Source: Longimicrobiales bacterium (GTDB taxonomy: Bacteria; Gemmatimonadota; Gemmatimonadetes; Longimicrobiales; Gaopeijiaceae). From it: a stretch of 64,000 nucleotides of DNA. The notes under the pieces were generated by a model. It was not told the DNA's origin. It saw nothing but the letters and a program-made list of their open reading frames with translations, and ran no database searches. Within the stretch, counting starts at the first letter, position 1. Each line of letters begins with the position of its first letter. The translations under genes were made by a program, and so were the position numbers. Positions 63,038 to 64,000 of this stretch are shown here, piece after piece. The stretch covers positions 1,600,001-1,664,000 of the forward strand of contig OZ242008.1 in the NCBI GenBank assembly GCA_965204735.1, written 5' to 3'.

Positions 63038-64000
63038 ATGAGCATGATCCCAAGGGTCCTCGCCCCACGGGTCCTCGTCCCAAGGGTCCTCGCGACTTCC
63101 GTGGTTGCGGCCTTCGCAGCCGCGGCGACGTCGGCGCCTGGCCAAGTCGAAGCTCAGGGGACGCTTGAAGGGCGGGTCCTTGCTTCGGGAACGGGCGCAG
63201 GGCTGGCGGGTGCGCAAGTGTCCTTGGCGACCCTGGGCATCGGGAGCGTCACGGGGCCCCAAGGCCGCTATGCGATCAGCGGCGTGCCGGCGGGAACCCA
63301 CGAGGTTGCCTTCAGCTTCATCGGCTACAGCGTCGAGTTGCGCGAAGTCGTGGTGGCCGACGGGCAGACCACGCGCCTCGACGTGGAGATGTCCCCAGCG
63401 GCGATCGCCCTGGAGGGGCTGGTGGCGGTGGGCAGCCGAGCGAGGCCGCGCGCGGTCACGGCGTCGCCGGTGCCCGTGGACGCCATCGCTGCGACCGAGT
63501 TCGCGAATCAGGGGGACACGGACCTCAGCAGCCTTCTGCGCAACATCGCCCCTTCGTACAACGTCAACATCCAGCCGATCGCAGATGCGGCGACCGTGTC
63601 CCGGCCGGCCAATCTGCGCAACTTGGCCCCGGACCACACGGTGGTGCTCGTCGACGGAAAGCGGCGCCACCGTTCAGCCGCGATCGCATGGTTCGGCAAC
63701 GGGGTGGCCGACGGCGCCCAAGGGCCGGACATCGCGGTCATCCCAGCGGTTGCGTTGCGCCAAGTCGAGATACTTCGCGACGGCGCCTCGGCCCAATACG
63801 GCTCCGACGCCATCGCCGGCGTCATGAACTTTCTGCTTCGGGACGACCGCTCCGGCGGGAGCCTGGAAGCCCGGCTGGGCAGCTATCCGGTCGCGGGCGA
63901 CGGCCAGTCGTTCACCCTGGCGGGCAACGTGGGCCTGCCGCTGGGAGAGACGGGCTTCGCCAACCTCAGCGCCGAGTACGGCAACGAGAGCCCCACCAGC
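63038..64000 (+). CDS. TonB-dependent receptor, paralogue of 60124-62916; truncated by the window end
   Basis: GGAGG RBS, ATG 63038, reads MSMIPRVLAPRVLVPRVLA...RPANLRNLAPDHT...DGASAQYGSDAIAG with no stop to the edge. Confidence 0.93.
   Translation, partial: MSMIPRVLAPRVLVPRVLATSVVAAFAAAATSAPGQVEAQGTLEGRVLASGTGAGLAGAQVSLATLGIGSVTGPQGRYAISGVPAGTHEVAFSFIGYSVELREVVVADGQTTRLDVEMSPAAIALEGLVAVGSRARPRAVTASPVPVDAIAATEFANQGDTDLSSLLRNIAPSYNVNIQPIADAATVSRPANLRNLAPDHTVVLVDGKRRHRSAAIAWFGNGVADGAQGPDIAVIPAVALRQVEILRDGASAQYGSDAIAGVMNFLLRDDRSGGSLEARLGSYPVAGDGQSFTLAGNVGLPLGETGFANLSAEYGNESPTS
63049..63092 (+). repeat. 3 x 15-bp in-frame repeat (PRVL[AV]) in the signal peptide
   Basis: ccaMgggtcctcgYc units at 63049, 63064 and 63079. 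Confidence 0.85.

Noticed and set aside
55711..64000. Genomic island integrated at tRNA-Val
   Set aside because: No integrase, host-like GC downstream, and no distal att copy seen within the window.

Overview
This is a very GC-rich, densely coding bacterial window. Its gene content (TonB-dependent receptors, PD40-propeller amidohydrolases, M14/M24 peptidases, a VPS10/BNR-type protein) suggests a Gemmatimonadota-like organism, which is an inference. The backbone carries argR-argG-argH, arginase, an osmoprotectant-type ABC system, a Thr/Ser dehydratase, SAM-I riboswitch-controlled metX, tRNA-Val(TAC), transporters and hydrolases. Defence/conflict-type genes are scattered through it with no recognisable integrase or IS: an orphan UvrD helicase, two convergent Fic genes, hipBA, a single-polypeptide restriction-modification gene, an Rpn nuclease and an AAA_14/DUF4143 ATPase. 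Best novelty candidates: (1) a lower-GC, translationally coupled three-gene cassette at 8001-9522 (papain-like Cys-His protein, unknown protein, small beta-sandwich protein) bounded by a perfect 47-bp direct repeat, whose left copy belongs to an internally deleted relic of the neighbouring gene; (2) a cas-less CRISPR-like mini-array at 22700-22882 (three 35-nt repeats, unique 40- and 38-nt spacers); (3) a phased palindromic array at 6455-6597; (4) an Rpn gene with an obvious internal RBS/ATG; (5) an NCS2 permease fused to a degenerate RsbW-like domain. All family calls come from motif recognition by eye; no database searches were run.
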